A stretch of 54,011 bases of DNA, filler included, from Squatina squatina (lineage: Eukaryota): assembly GCA_031763465.1 (NCBI GenBank). It is 3 parts of 3 records of this genome, joined end to end, with 100 filler letters (N's around TTAATTAATTAA, not from the genome) between each part and the next. Parts side by side here need not be neighbours in the genome. Positions count along the whole stretch, not along the records: positions 1 to 23,467 come from JARFOE010000189.1; 2 more parts are not named here. One strand, 5' to 3'. This document shows positions 1 through 12,132 of the stretch, piece after piece. The position numbers were made by a program, and so were the translations under genes. Every line of letters begins with the position of its first letter. Within the stretch, counting starts at the first letter, position 1. The notes under the pieces were generated by a model that saw only the letters and a list, made by a program, of their open reading frames with translations, had not been told where the DNA came from and made no database searches.

Positions 1-1661
1 GTCATGCTGCAATTACACTCCCACCAGTGGTAGCACTGTACTGCATCAGTTAGGCAGCTCCCATCTCCAACCTTAGTTACTGCTCTTTCTAAATTGTCAC
101 AAGTTTTTCTATTTAAGTAGAATACAAAATTAAAGTATTATAAAAAGGGTAGAAAGGACTTCAAAAAATGAGGACCAAATTGCATTTGCATGCCTTAGTT
201 CAGGTTACTGACTGGAGCTAAATTAATATACTCGATGTTCAGAAGTAGGTGAACAATTATTAAAATAAAAGTAAACGTTAATGGCCTGCAATTATGTGCA
301 ACATTCTCCCCTGACCCNNNNNNNNNNCATATGCATACAATAGTGTAATGCTCATTCACATGGTTCAACACAAACTTACACAATTAAGTATTTGCAGTAG
401 CGGGCGTGGGTTGTTTTAAATTTCCACCTCACTGAACGTAGCATCACATGGGCTTGAATGGTCACATGATTCAAATGATTGTATTCCTACTGCACTGATG
501 ACATTAACCAGTTGTTACTGGGGTGGTTTCACAAATTGGTAGCCAAATTTTTTTTTCCCCCTTTAAGTGTCTTCTCACTGCACCCCAGCATTCCCATCCT
601 CAGTTAAAAACCAATTCAGGAGTTTACAACATGGTATGAATTCACACCAAAATAACCTTTAAAGTAACTTTAGCAAATGTAAAACAGGCTTTAGTGCATC
701 ACCAGTTAATGTTCATTCATCCAAATCTTGAGTTTCTGCACCAACGCAATGGAAAAATTACCAACTGCTCATTTATCTGACTCCTGGTTTGTTAATAGGA
801 AGCCTAGTCTAATGCACAAGCAAGATGTTGAGACTCCTCATACCATTCCATGAAACACCTAGTTTATGCTACAGAGATGAACACTAACTCTTGGGAGTTC
901 AGAGACATAAAAGGTTGGGATAAAAGTGAAGTATGTAATGTAGGAGGGCTGACAGCCAAGTTGATAATACTGCAGGTAAGCACCCAGAATATTGGCATAT
1001 ACAACAGTTTATAGCAATAAATATGCTCTCACTTATGGCTATCTAGCTGTAACATTTTATAAATAATGAAAGGCTCGAGACATTATTGCTTTCTAATTTG
1101 GATTGAAAGTCTGAATTTTGGGTCTGCTCAATCTAAATTCTACAAATGCAATTTGGCAGCAAGTCTCCCTTATGTAAATTAGACCACAAAGGGGATTGCA
1201 CAGAAAAGCTATTTACTACCCACTACGCTACTGACAATGGAGGATACAACAAATTTAGTCCTTACCTGATCCTGACACCAAGTGAAGACACACACTGGAT
1301 TGTGTTATGGCTTCAGAATTTACTTACCCCAGTTGGCTGTTTCTTTTCACTGAGTAATGGGATATTCTTCAAAGGCAACGTCTTTTGGCCACTTGCAAGC
1401 TCTCTCAAGGATATTGTTGCAGAACCAATAAACCTAAATGAGATGACAATTTAGACAATACTTGAGAGGCGTGGAGATATTCAACCTCAGCATATTCCAG
1501 CTATTAAAATGCAGTTAAGAAACAGCCCATCACTTAAAGATTTTGCAAAATCTTTGAATAGNNNNNNNNNNNNNNNNNNNNNNNNNNNNNNNNNNNNNNN
1601 NNNNNNNNNNNNNNNNNNNNNNNNNNNNNNNNNNNNNNNNNNNNNNNNNNNNNNNNNNNNN

Positions 1662-2294
1662 GTTTGTTCCCAAAATCTGAAAACAAGTTATTGCACCAAG
1701 GAAATGGCAGCCGTGATCATAGTGACTGTATGTGTGCTGAGCTTGTTAAAATGCATTCCCTGGTACTTTGTATTTGGACCTCAGTATATTATCAACAACA
1801 TACCATGGGATTGCATCGTAAAGCCAAGTTATTTTTCCTCCTTTGGGTGGGCATTGTTTGCTTGGCTCCATCGGATTTTCACCCCATTGCTTCCATTCGC
1901 TTTGATTCTGCTGCTCAATGTTCTGACTGTCAGACATATTTTAGTGGTGAGCAGAGTTCGCAAGAGACTCCAGGGTCACAACAGTGGTGAGAAAGATTGC
2001 AGTCCTGAGATGAAGAATAGAAGGAAATCCATCGTTTTACTCTTCGCCTTATCTGGAAGTTTTATACTCCTGTGGATGACAGGTGTTCTATATTTCCTAT
2101 TTTTGAGAATCACAAACGCGTATTATTATAAAGGTCCCTATGACTCGGTGTTTATTTTACAGCAAACCGGCCGCATGCTCCAGCTCCTGAGTTGCTGCAC
2201 AAACACATGTATTTACGCTGTGACCCAGACTAAATTCAGAGAGGAGCTGAAGAACGCGGTGACATATCTGTTTACTCGAATTAGGATTAATTAA
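1662..2294 (+). CDS. Class A GPCR, GPR139/GPR142-like, partial (ICL2/TM4 to C-terminus; 5' part lost in gap)
   Basis: Open frame from gap edge to TAA with four hydrophobic segments (AAVIIVTVCVLSLLKCIPWYF; IFTPLLPFALILLLNVLTV; SIVLLFALSGSFILLW; LQLLSCCTNTCIY), basic ICL3 and helix-8 motif TKFREEL. The N-terminal MQLRN part of the ORF track belongs to a different contig. Confidence 0.8.
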   Translation, partial: VCSQNLKTSYCTKEMAAVIIVTVCVLSLLKCIPWYFVFGPQYIINNIPWDCIVKPSYFSSFGWALFAWLHRIFTPLLPFALILLLNVLTVRHILVVSRVRKRLQGHNSGEKDCSPEMKNRRKSIVLLFALSGSFILLWMTGVLYFLFLRITNAYYYKGPYDSVFILQQTGRMLQLLSCCTNTCIYAVTQTKFREELKNAVTYLFTRIRIN

Positions 2295-3122
2295 AACATT
2301 GAAACAATTGCATGACTTCCTGTATTAGAACTCAAAATTTCAGTTAATTGTGCCAAAAATTTAAAACACAGGCTTTCCAAAGAAAGTTATAATATACATT
2401 TAAATTGTGTTTAAAATGAAATAACATCTAACAAAAGGGCTTATAAACAGTATAGAAATACCCTAAATTTAAATTAATAGTCTGGCTCTGATCATGAAAA
2501 TAGAAATGGCTGGTCATGTGATTAACCAAATGTATTTTTAGCAGAAGCTTGGAACTGTAACCTAACCGGCACAATTTCAACTAATTTTGCACCCAATTTC
2601 TTGATTCTGCCCGAAGAGGAAGCTTTACCGCAAGTTGTTTATCCCTTTTATCCTCTTCCCCCTTTCAAGCTGTCACTCTGAACTTGCTCACCCGAGCATG
2701 AATGTTTGAAAATAAGGATATCAGAAAATGATAAGTTATACGAATGAAATTGTAACTGAAAAGATACTTGCTCAAATGACTCTAAGTCGGATTACACAGG
2801 AAGACCTCATAGCAGGACGTGCAATTATGACAACAAAGCATCCAAGGCAAGGAAGTCCCAGGTGTTAAATGGGTTTTGCAGAGAGCCAACCGCTGTTTAC
2901 ATATTAAGACAATAGGCCTTCATCTTGGGAGTTGCCCTGATCACCTGTCGGGACTNNNNNNNNNNNNNNNNNNNNNNNNNNNNNNNNNNNNNNNNNNNNN
3001 NNNNNNNNNNNNNNNNNNNNNNNNNNNNNNNNNNNNNNNNNNNNNNNNNNNNNNNACAGAGCTAGTCTTCGTCAATGGTTATTCTTAACAAATTCTTAAA
3101 AGTTATTTAAATTCTATTTCAG

Positions 3123-4258
3123 AGGAAGGTGATGACATGTCAATGCAGGTCACTGCAGCCATTTCCTCAGGGGAACCCATATTCGCTGACAACAAAGAAC
3201 GAGTGCCTTCACTCCCAGACCTGACCAGCAGAGACAAAGAGTCATCCAACACAACTTCCTCCTGGATGCAGCCAGCTGATCCCAGCAGCATAGAAGAAGG
3301 CAGCATGCAAACAACCTTGCAGAAATTCCCATCACAGCCTACTAGCACAAATAAGGAATTGTTATCCACAACATTCCCTAGCATCCCACCACCACCACGG
3401 AAAACAAGAAGAAAGGGACAATCAGCAGTGTCTCTAGCCTGTAGCGTTGAACCAGAGTCAACACGACCACCCACATCACAACAGTCTACCAGCAGAGAGG
3501 AGGAATCATCTGGTCAACTACCACAGCCTATCAGGATAGAGCAAGCATTGTCCTCAGCATCCCTTAACATAATGTCAACTCTGCAGCTCACCAACACAAC
3601 AGGAGAATTCCTCTCTCACACCATTCAGCCACCACAGTCCAGCAGCAAAAGCATATTTCCAGCCTCCTTTTACACAATTTTACCACCAGAGCATACCATC
3701 ACAGAGGATGAATCATCACCAGTAGCCTTCTACACTGTTCCATCACCACTGGCCCCCTACACCAAGCTGGAATTATCCCCACTGTCCTTACAAACTATTG
3801 TACCTACCCAACCAACTAACAAAACACTGGAATTGTCACCATCAACATTACAAGATGATTCACCACCAATTCACAATAGCATATTGGAGATATCATTTCC
3901 AACATCCCATTACATAAAGCCACCAGTAGAACCCACCAGCAGAGAGCAGGAATCCGTCCAAACCATTTCATCAGAACCCACCAGCAGAGAGCAGGAATCC
4001 TTCCAAATCATTCCGTCAGAACCCACCAGCAGAGAGCAGGAATCCTTCCAAACCATTCCATCAGAACCCACCAGTAGAGAGCAGGAATCCTTCCAAACCA
4101 TTCCATCAGAACCCACCAACAGGGAGCAGGAATCTGTCCAAACCATTCCATCAGAACCCACCAGCAGAGAGCAGGAATCCATCCAAACCATTCCATCAGA
4201 ACCCACCAGCAGAGAGCAGGAATCCTTCCAAACCATTCCATCAGAACCCACCAGCAGA
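3123..4258 (+). CDS. Large putative internal exon encoding a Ser/Thr/Pro/Glu-rich, mucin-like or disordered segment; runs into gap
   Basis: Acceptor-like ttctatttcag ending at 3122, followed by more than 1.1 kb without a stop in one frame; frame-preserving 45-bp repeats at the 3' end. No recognisable domain. Confidence 0.55.
3929..4258 (+). repeat. 45-bp coding tandem repeat (EPTSREQESFQTIPS), at least 7.3 copies, truncated by gap
   Basis: Unit gaacccaccagcagagagcaggaatccttccaaaccattccatca repeated with few substitutions and no indels. Confidence 0.95.
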
Positions 4259-4358
4259 NNNNNNNNNNNNNNNNNNNNNNNNNNNNNNNNNNNNNNNNNN
4301 NNNNNNNNNNNNNNNNNNNNNNNNNNNNNNNNNNNNNNNNNNNNNNNNNNNNNNNNNN

Positions 4359-6712
4359 TGTTATATCAATGCTCCAATAGTTGGTGTGTTATATCAAGGC
4401 TCCAATAGTTGGTGTGTTATATCATGGCTCCAATATTTGGTGTGTTCCTTCATGGCTTAAATAGTCGGTGTGTTCTCTCATGGCTTCAATATTTGGTGTG
4501 CTTTGTCCTGGCTCCAATCGTTAACACGTTACATCATGGCTCCAATAGTTGGTGCTTTTATCATGGCTCCAAAGGTTGGTGTGTTATTTCATGGCTCTAA
4601 TAGTATATGTGTTATATCATGGCATAAATAGTTGGTGTGTTATATCATGGCTCCAATAATTGATGTGTTTTATCATGGCTCCAATAGTTGATGTGTTATA
4701 TCAAGGCTTAAATAGTTGGTGTGTTAAACATGGCTTCAATAATTGGCGTGTGTTATATCATGGCTCTAATAGTTGGTGTGTTATATCATGGCTCCAATAT
4801 TTGGTGTGTTCTATCATGGCTTAAATAGTTGGTGTGTTATAACATGGCTCCGATAGTTGGTGTATTATATCAAGGCTCCAAATTTGGTGTGTTATATCAA
4901 GGCAACAATAGTTGGTGTGTTATATCAAGGCTCCAATAGTTGTTGTGCTATATCATGGCTCCAAAGGTTGGTGTGTTTTATCAAGGCTCCAATATTTGGT
5001 ATGATATATAATGGCTCCAATATTTGGTGTGTTATGCCCGGTTCCAATCGCTAACATGTTATATCATGGCTCCAATAGTTGGTGTGTTATATCAAGGCTC
5101 CAATAGTTGGTGTGTTTTATCATGGCTCCAAAAGTTGATGTGTTATATCATGGCTTAAATAGTTGGTGTGTTAAACATGGCTCCAATAATTGGCGTGTGT
5201 TATATCATGGCTCTAATAGTTGGTGTTATATCATGGCTTAAATAGTTGGTGTGTTATATCATGGCTTAAATAGTTGGTGTGTTAAACATGGCTCCAATAA
5301 TTGGTGTGTTATATCAAGGCTCCAATAGTTGGTGTGTTTTATCATGGCTCCAATAGTTGATGTGTTATATCATGGCTTAAATAGTTGGTGTGTTAAACAT
5401 GGCTCCAATAATTGGCATGTTTTATATCATGGCTCTCATAGTTGATGTGTTATATCATGGCTCCAATAATTGGTGTGTTCTTTCATGGCTTAAATAGTTG
5501 GTGTGTTATATCATGGCTCCGATAGTTCATGTGTTATATCAAGGCTCCAATATTTGGTGTGTTCTTTCATGGCTTAACTCGTTGGTGTGTTATATCATGG
5601 CTCCAATATTTGGTGTGTTATGTCCTGGCTCCAATCGTTAACATGTTATATCATGGGTCCAATAGTTGGTGCTTTTATCATGGCTCCAGTATTTGGTGTG
5701 TTCAGTCATGGCATAAATAGATGATGTGTTATTCCATGGCTCCGATAGTTGTTGTTTTATATCAAGGCTCCAATAGTTGGTGTGTTTTATCAAGGCAACA
5801 ATAGTTGGTGTGTTATATCAAGGCTCCAATAGTTGGTGTGTTATATCAAGGCTCCAATAGTTGGTGTGTTATATAATGGCTCCAATATTTGGTTTGTTAC
5901 AGAATGGTTCCAATATTTGGTGTGATATATAATGGCTCCAATATTTGGTGTGTTATGTCCTGGCTTCAATAGTTGGTATTTTGTATAATGGCCCCAATAT
6001 TTGGTGTGTTATGTCCTGGCTCCAATCGTTAACATGTTATATCATGGCTCCAATAGTTGGTATTTGTATCCTGGCTCCAATATGTGGTGTGTTATATCAT
6101 GGCTCCAATATTTGGTGTGTTATGTCATGGCTCCAATAGTTGGTGTGTTATATCATGGCTTAAATAGTTGGTGTGTTAAACATGGCTCCAATAATAGGCG
6201 TGTTATATCATGGCTTAAATAGTTGTTGTGTTATATGATGGCTCCAATAGTTGGTCTGTTATACCATGGCTCCAATAGTTGGTGTGTTATATCATGGCTC
6301 CAATACTTGGTGTGTTATATCATGGCTCCAATATTTGGTGTGTTCTTTCCTGGCTTAAATTGTTGATGTATTAAATATGTCCCCAATAATTGGTGTGTTA
6401 TATCAAGGCTCCAAAAGTTTGTGTGTTATATCATGGCTCCAATACTTGGTGTGTTATATCATGGCTTAAATAGTTGGTGTGTTATATCAAGGCTCCAATA
6501 GTTGGTGTGTTATATCAAGGCTTAAATAGTTGGTGTGTTATATCAATGCTCCGATAGTTGGTGTGTTATATCAAGGCTCCAATAGTTGGTGTGTTATATC
6601 AATGCTCCAATAGTTGGTGTGTTATATCAAGGCTCCAATAGTTGGTGTGTTATATCATGGCTCCAATAATTGGTGTGTTATATCAAGACTTAAAAGGTTG
6701 GTGTGTTAAACA
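4359..6712. repeat. 28-bp satellite/minisatellite array, about 84 units, left end in gap
   Basis: Consensus TTGGTGTGTTATATCATGGCTCCAATAG head-to-tail (units at 4381, 4409...), no unique spacers, stops in all frames. Confidence 0.97.
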
Positions 6713-8515
6713 ATACAGTCTAATGAGAGGGACCCTTCTCAGTTCCCCGAGCAAAGGGTTGTGCATCATTCTGCCAATGCACCAATTCGCACACCATTAG
6801 TACATTTATACAGCACTGGGAGCAAAGCAAGCATTGTTGGTAGCAGGAAGGTTTACCAAACAGTGCTGAGTAATACAGTGCTGGGTAATACTGCCCAGCT
6901 GACGAGGAAGCATTAAACCCTTCCAGCCCACAACATTTCCCGAACGTTTTGGGTCTGATTTCTAACCCATGTGCCGCTTATAGGCGCTGCCAAAGTCATG
7001 GCCAGTTGAAAATGGTGTCTCATCTCTACTCAAAAAGGGTCACGTAACTACAGTTAACAACACATGGCGAAGCCCAGTTAATGCACTATGGCACCGATCT
7101 CAGCTTGTTGAATCAAACTCTCTAGGGCCATGCCCCTTCATGTGTAAACATGGGATGCAGTGTTAATTATTCAGTAATGGGACCCTGAGCCACATTCCCT
7201 GTTGATAACAAGGGATAAAATCCAATGTGGTGTGTAGCAGAAACTGCTGCACCTTTCACCACGCCATTTCTCTCTACATTCACCTTTGAACCAGCGTGCA
7301 GATCTCTTGGAAATGTCCTTGTATTAGTCAGTGTCCTATAGCAATACAATATATACAAAAGATCTTCCCTCCTGTGGTGAATATATGCAAATAACTAGTA
7401 GAAAACATTACTATTTTATAAATAAATATACCGTACAAACTGTGGATAAAGTTCCCACCTCTCAGATTTTTGAGGATCGATGTGTTTTATTAGGCAGTGT
7501 GTTGTTGTTCTTTTTGTGATATGTTCAAAAGGAACATTAAGTCCCAGTTCTATACTCTGATGCATAGATTTGGTTCAAATAAAGGACATGGACAGGGTAT
7601 GATGGGAGCCATATGGTTTCTGGAGCTCTGTTGAAAGCTTCACCTCAATAACACTTGAAGCTAGCAGTGTACAAAGTGTATCCTATATTGTTGGGTCACT
7701 ATAGAAGAGACACTAACTTTATATTGTCATCCTGGAGAGTTCTTTGTTGCATAAATAACTAAGAANNNNNNNNNNNNNNNNNNNNNNNNNNNNNNNNNNN
7801 NNNNNNNNNNNNNNACAGTTAGTGAATGTAACCAGCACTGCTGCACCCGCCCTAGACACCAAATATTGGGGCTTCTGGTCTTCTCTGTCACTGTGGATGG
7901 TGTTGGTTCCCTCCCAACTTCCCTCCCACAGAATGTGCAATCAACCAGAGGCTGGAGAGAGTGTAATGCCACCCCGTCAAGTCAAAAAAAGATCCTAACA
8001 GACTAACATTTTACATATTTGGCACAGTGAAAAGAATGCTAATTCTCAGTTTATGTACTTTTGGCATGCTAAAGGCACCAGTGAAAAAAATCCAGAATAA
8101 CTCCTGACTATTCCGTTACAAGTAAATAATAAAACAATAGACAGCTATAATAATTAATTTAAAACATCCAACTCTGCTCAAAGGTCCGGCTTTTGAGTAA
8201 ATCTGTTGCATATGGGAAATGCAACTTGCCTTTGTCCAGCTGTAAACAATCAGCTCCACTTTGACGCTTCAGTGTTCTGAACCCGCTGTGTGCAGACAGA
8301 CTACACGACCTCAGCCGCCTGCAGGTGGCTTTGCACAAACTCAATCACCTTTATGTTACAGTCTCACTGGTATACACTAGCTCAGCAATCCAGCAGTTGA
8401 AATAGAGCAACACTTATTCCATTGCAGGCTTGGAGTGTCTGCCTGACAGTTCCATTAGAAAATGCACATTGCATCTATAAATTAGAAATATTTATATTAA
8501 AAAGACAAAGAAATA

Positions 8516-9790
8516 TTAGTACTTTTTTTCTAAATAATTTGAAGGCACCCAGCCCTTTTGGGAGCGTCCACTGTCTATTATTTGACAGTACCACCAACCA
8601 TTGGGGTTGCGTTCCAGCACCTCCACAGAACTGCCCTCTTGGAAGCCCATGGTCTCCTCATCTCCCTGATAGTCAGAGATTGTAACATACACCTCCCTCC
8701 AGTTGTTCTGCATCACCTGAGGTTTCTCCTGGATGCACACCGGCTTTGGTCTCACAGCCGATACAGGAATTCCATTTTTCTGGGAAGTTCTGCCCATAGC
8801 ATCTGATTCAATCACTCCACACCTTTCTGAAGGTTTGACCTTTGCTTGGCTGGGAGCTGATGTTGTTGCTGAGTGTAGAGTGTCAGGCTCCTCACTCTTC
8901 TTCCGTAAGCGGACGTTGTTGAAGGATGAATTTCGGCGGATGCTCACTGTAGGCCTGATATTGTCAGTGCACATCATAGATTCATTCCTCCTGAGCGATC
9001 CAGCTAGGTTGCTACTTTCTTTGCTCAAGGGGGAAACCAATACAGATTGTGGCCTGACAGCTGCCTGCTTCAACCCATTTCTCATTTTGACTGAACCATT
9101 CGTGCTTCCTCCTAGCCTACTAAACCCTCCAGGGGGTTTTGCAGGAATTGGTGGTGTTGCTCGCTTCAGACCAAGATTGATGTTGTTTAATGCTTGGACC
9201 TTCTTGTCTATTTTCTCCATGCTGTTGAGTTGGTTTTCATTCACTGATGTCTCCCCACTGGATGTTTCAGACTCCCCAGGACTCCCTGCTGGCCTGCCAC
9301 TCACATGCTCCAAGAAGAATACAGGGGCCCATCCCTCGGTATCTCCAATTCTAATAAACCACCAACCACTGTCTTGTTTCTCCAGAACCTCCACCATTAT
9401 TCCTGCTGGGAAACTGATTTCATTGTCCTGAACTTTCTCATACTTATCCACCGTTTTGTACTGGTGCGGGGATTCAGCTTCCTGCTCACTGGGTCTGGCT
9501 ATGCCTAGTCCAGCTTGGCTGGGTGATGCATTTGTGGAGAGATCCACTGTACTTTTAGTGAAAGAGTCTTCTGAATTTTCAGACGATGTTAATGAGGTGG
9601 TTTCTGCATCATCACTCTTTGCCCCTTTGGAGTTGTGCTTAAGCTGTCCTGTAGGCCTAAGGTGGCGCCTGATGGTGCTGATCTCCATACTCTGTGCTTC
9701 TGGTTTAACGAGTAAAGGCTTTGGCCGCACAGAAGGCTTTGGTCTGGTTATGGGACTGGGAGCAGCTTTCTGCTCTGTGCATGCATTCAT
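8516..9790 (-). CDS. SH3PXD2A: SH3PXD2A (Tks5) terminal exon, 3' portion with the last two SH3 domains
   Basis: SH3 YEKVQDNEISFPAGIMVEVLEKQDSGWWFIRIGDTEGWAP and terminal SH3 DYQGDEETMGFQEGSSVEVLERNPNGWWYCQI...GWVPSNYLEKKY* match the recalled Tks5 C-terminus; PxxP motifs between. 5' end cut by gap, so the first M is not the start. Confidence 0.93.
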   Translation of the reverse strand: MNACTEQKAAPSPITRPKPSVRPKPLLVKPEAQSMEISTIRRHLRPTGQLKHNSKGAKSDDAETTSLTSSENSEDSFTKSTVDLSTNASPSQAGLGIARPSEQEAESPHQYKTVDKYEKVQDNEISFPAGIMVEVLEKQDSGWWFIRIGDTEGWAPVFFLEHVSGRPAGSPGESETSSGETSVNENQLNSMEKIDKKVQALNNINLGLKRATPPIPAKPPGGFSRLGGSTNGSVKMRNGLKQAAVRPQSVLVSPLSKESSNLAGSLRRNESMMCTDNIRPTVSIRRNSSFNNVRLRKKSEEPDTLHSATTSAPSQAKVKPSERCGVIESDAMGRTSQKNGIPVSAVRPKPVCIQEKPQVMQNNWREVYVTISDYQGDEETMGFQEGSSVEVLERNPNGWWYCQIIDSGRSQKGWVPSNYLEKKY

Positions 9791-10547
9791 TNNNNNNNNN
9801 NNNNNNNNNNNNNNNNNNNNNNNNNNNNNNNNNNNNNNNNNNNNNNNNNNNNNNNNNNNNNNNNNNNNNNNNNNNNNNNNNNNNNNNNNNNCAGATAGAT
9901 TCCATGGACGGTGAGGAAAAGAAGAGTAACAACATAAGGAAAATTACTTATATTATAATTTACCAGAGTCAGATTACCAGTTATTTTGTCAAAACTGCTA
10001 GAAAAAATTAATTTCAAATGTGTGCAATTTGTGTCAATGCCCCCACTCTCAGCCACACAGGCCCCACGTGTCCAGTAATGGACACAGCCGACTTCACATA
10101 CAATAATATCACCATTTATTCTGTTTATTCTGTTCACAGCATTCATTTTTACAATTCTCTAAATACCTGATTTTTAAAAATGCAACCGATACGTTGAAGT
10201 TATTGTTTGTATCCTTCAATCTGACCCAGGTTTTGAAGTTAACCATCTTTATTTGTCTATTATTTGTGTGCACCCACTGTGCTTGGTGCTGAAAACAAAG
10301 GTATACTGAAGTAACAGTGAAGAGTGAAAAATCAGATCAAAAAACAGCAGAAGACACACAGACACAAACACAAGACATGCACACCCACCCAGCTTCCTCC
10401 GGGATTGGAATAGTCAGCTTTCTTTTCAAAAAATGTATTGTGGAGAACGCAAAGTGTTTAATCTTACACCACCTCTCTTTCCCTGCAGTCATAGAATTAA
10501 ACATGACACATTGCACGTGCTGCAAGAGGCCGCAGGGCTTTCTTCAC

Positions 10548-10631
10548 CTGGACTTTGTTGGCGGTTACACATTCCTCCCAGAGTCCACCTCCGGTCCAGC
10601 CGCCGCAGATGGGCTTTGCGTCTCTTAGTGA
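10548..10631 (-). CDS. SH3PXD2A: SH3PXD2A 84-nt cassette exon between SH3-1 and SH3-2 (TKRRKAHLRRLDRRWTLGGMCNRQQSP)
   Basis: Polypyrimidine/ttgtag acceptor, CAG|gtgaag donor, phase 1-1, 84 nt; peptide matches recalled human Tks5 VSKRRKAHLRRLDRRWTLGGMVNRQHSR. Confidence 0.9.
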
Positions 10632-11981
10632 CTACAAGCATGGAGGGAAATGTGAAAAAACAGACACAAAAACAAACAGGAAAGTGTTTACAACAGGGAG
10701 ATGACATATTCACAAAGCAATTACCAGGATCAGGGCTGGAAGGAGTTTTTGGGATTGAACCAATATAAATAATCCTTTTACTGCGGAACAGCCAATGCTC
10801 AGCACTGATTACGCTCTGTACGTTAGAAAAGGTTCCAGTTTGTCCAGGCTCCTTGTCATGTTTAATATTGCAGGATACACTGCAAAACCCTCCCTTCAAG
10901 GAAGCCGCAGTACCCACTCTTAGCATCCAGTAGCNNNNNNNNNNNNNNNNNNNNNNNNNNNNNNNNNNNNNNNNNNNNNNNNNNNNNNNNNNNNNNNNNN
11001 NNNNNNNNNNNNNNNNNNNNNNNNNNNNNNNNNNGAGCGGGATCCCGCTGTCACTCAAAGCCATTTTTCCAGCGGACCCGCCCCCAAACCCGCACTCACA
11101 GGGCTGGGAAGATTCCGGCCCATAAGTGGGAATGGGTTCCCCTGTTTGTTGATGGAATTGACTACCTAGGCAGTCTGCCCACATGCAAACTGTCTTTCTC
11201 TGGATGAATGACAAACAACAGTATAACAGTAATAACCTGTACGAAAGCAGAGAAAGATAAAGGGATATTAACAGGCCATGAATCAGTGGGTTTAGTTTTA
11301 GGTTATTCTAATAAAGAGCCAGCACGATACATTGGGCCGAATGGTCTCCTTCCGTGCTGTAAACATCTATGGTTCTAAATTCCCTAGGATTGAAGTGACC
11401 TGTGGACTGTTTGAATGTAATGTGTTTTGGAGTTGAGCCCCTATCCCAACAGTGAAGTATCGGTCACTGAAATGAATTGAGGGGGAGGTTGCTGGAGGTG
11501 AATGTCTCCAGATGTTGGTGCCCTGACTCCAATATGCGTGCTCATGCCCAGTCCTCACCATGATGACCACACAGTTCAAAAAAAGCAATCTGAAAAGAAA
11601 AGACACTGCACTGAAGTCTATGGATCTGCTATTCATGCACTGCTGGTAATATGGCAGCAGCAGGTATGTGTACAAGTATGATCCCCATCTCTGAGCTTTT
11701 CATACATTAATGTCCATGTGGGTGTTGTGCACGCTGCTTGGTTCCTGGCGTTATGCAAAAAAATTACCAATAAAAAAAAATCCGTGCTTAAAAAAAACAA
11801 AAACAGATGAGACTGAATGTGTGGGTTCATAGGTTGTTTAAGTGAACTGCAATTACTTTCCAGGGGGCATTTCTTTACAGAGTTCTGCTTGGAATTGTTC
11901 TTAATGTGTGGCCAGGAACATAGAGGTAGTGCCTGAGAGAAACTTGGCACTGACATATTGCACCGTGACACAATTACCAGG

Positions 11982-12132
11982 CACGCAGTCCCACCCCACT
12001 TACACGCAGTCCCACACCTCCTTACACACAGTCGCCACCAGCCTTAGACACAGTCCCACACCTCCTTACACGCAGTCGCCACCCTCCTTACACGCAGTCC
12101 CACCCTCCTTACACGCAGTCGCCACCCTCCTT
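11982..12132. repeat. 21-22-bp minisatellite (ccctccttacacgcagtc(c/g)ca), truncated by gap
   Basis: About 6-7 imperfect tandem copies before the N run. Confidence 0.85.

Noticed and set aside
1146-1454. 102-aa ATG ORF
   Set aside because: No recognisable motif or convincing splice signals; consistent with chance.
4359-6712. CRISPR-like array and Cys/Trp-rich ORFs in the 28-bp repeat
   Set aside because: Units are contiguous with no unique spacers, there are no cas genes, the context is vertebrate, and the ORFs are by-products of the repeat.
8733-9431. 232-aa + strand ORF
   Set aside because: Antisense shadow of the SH3PXD2A exon; no independent domain signal.
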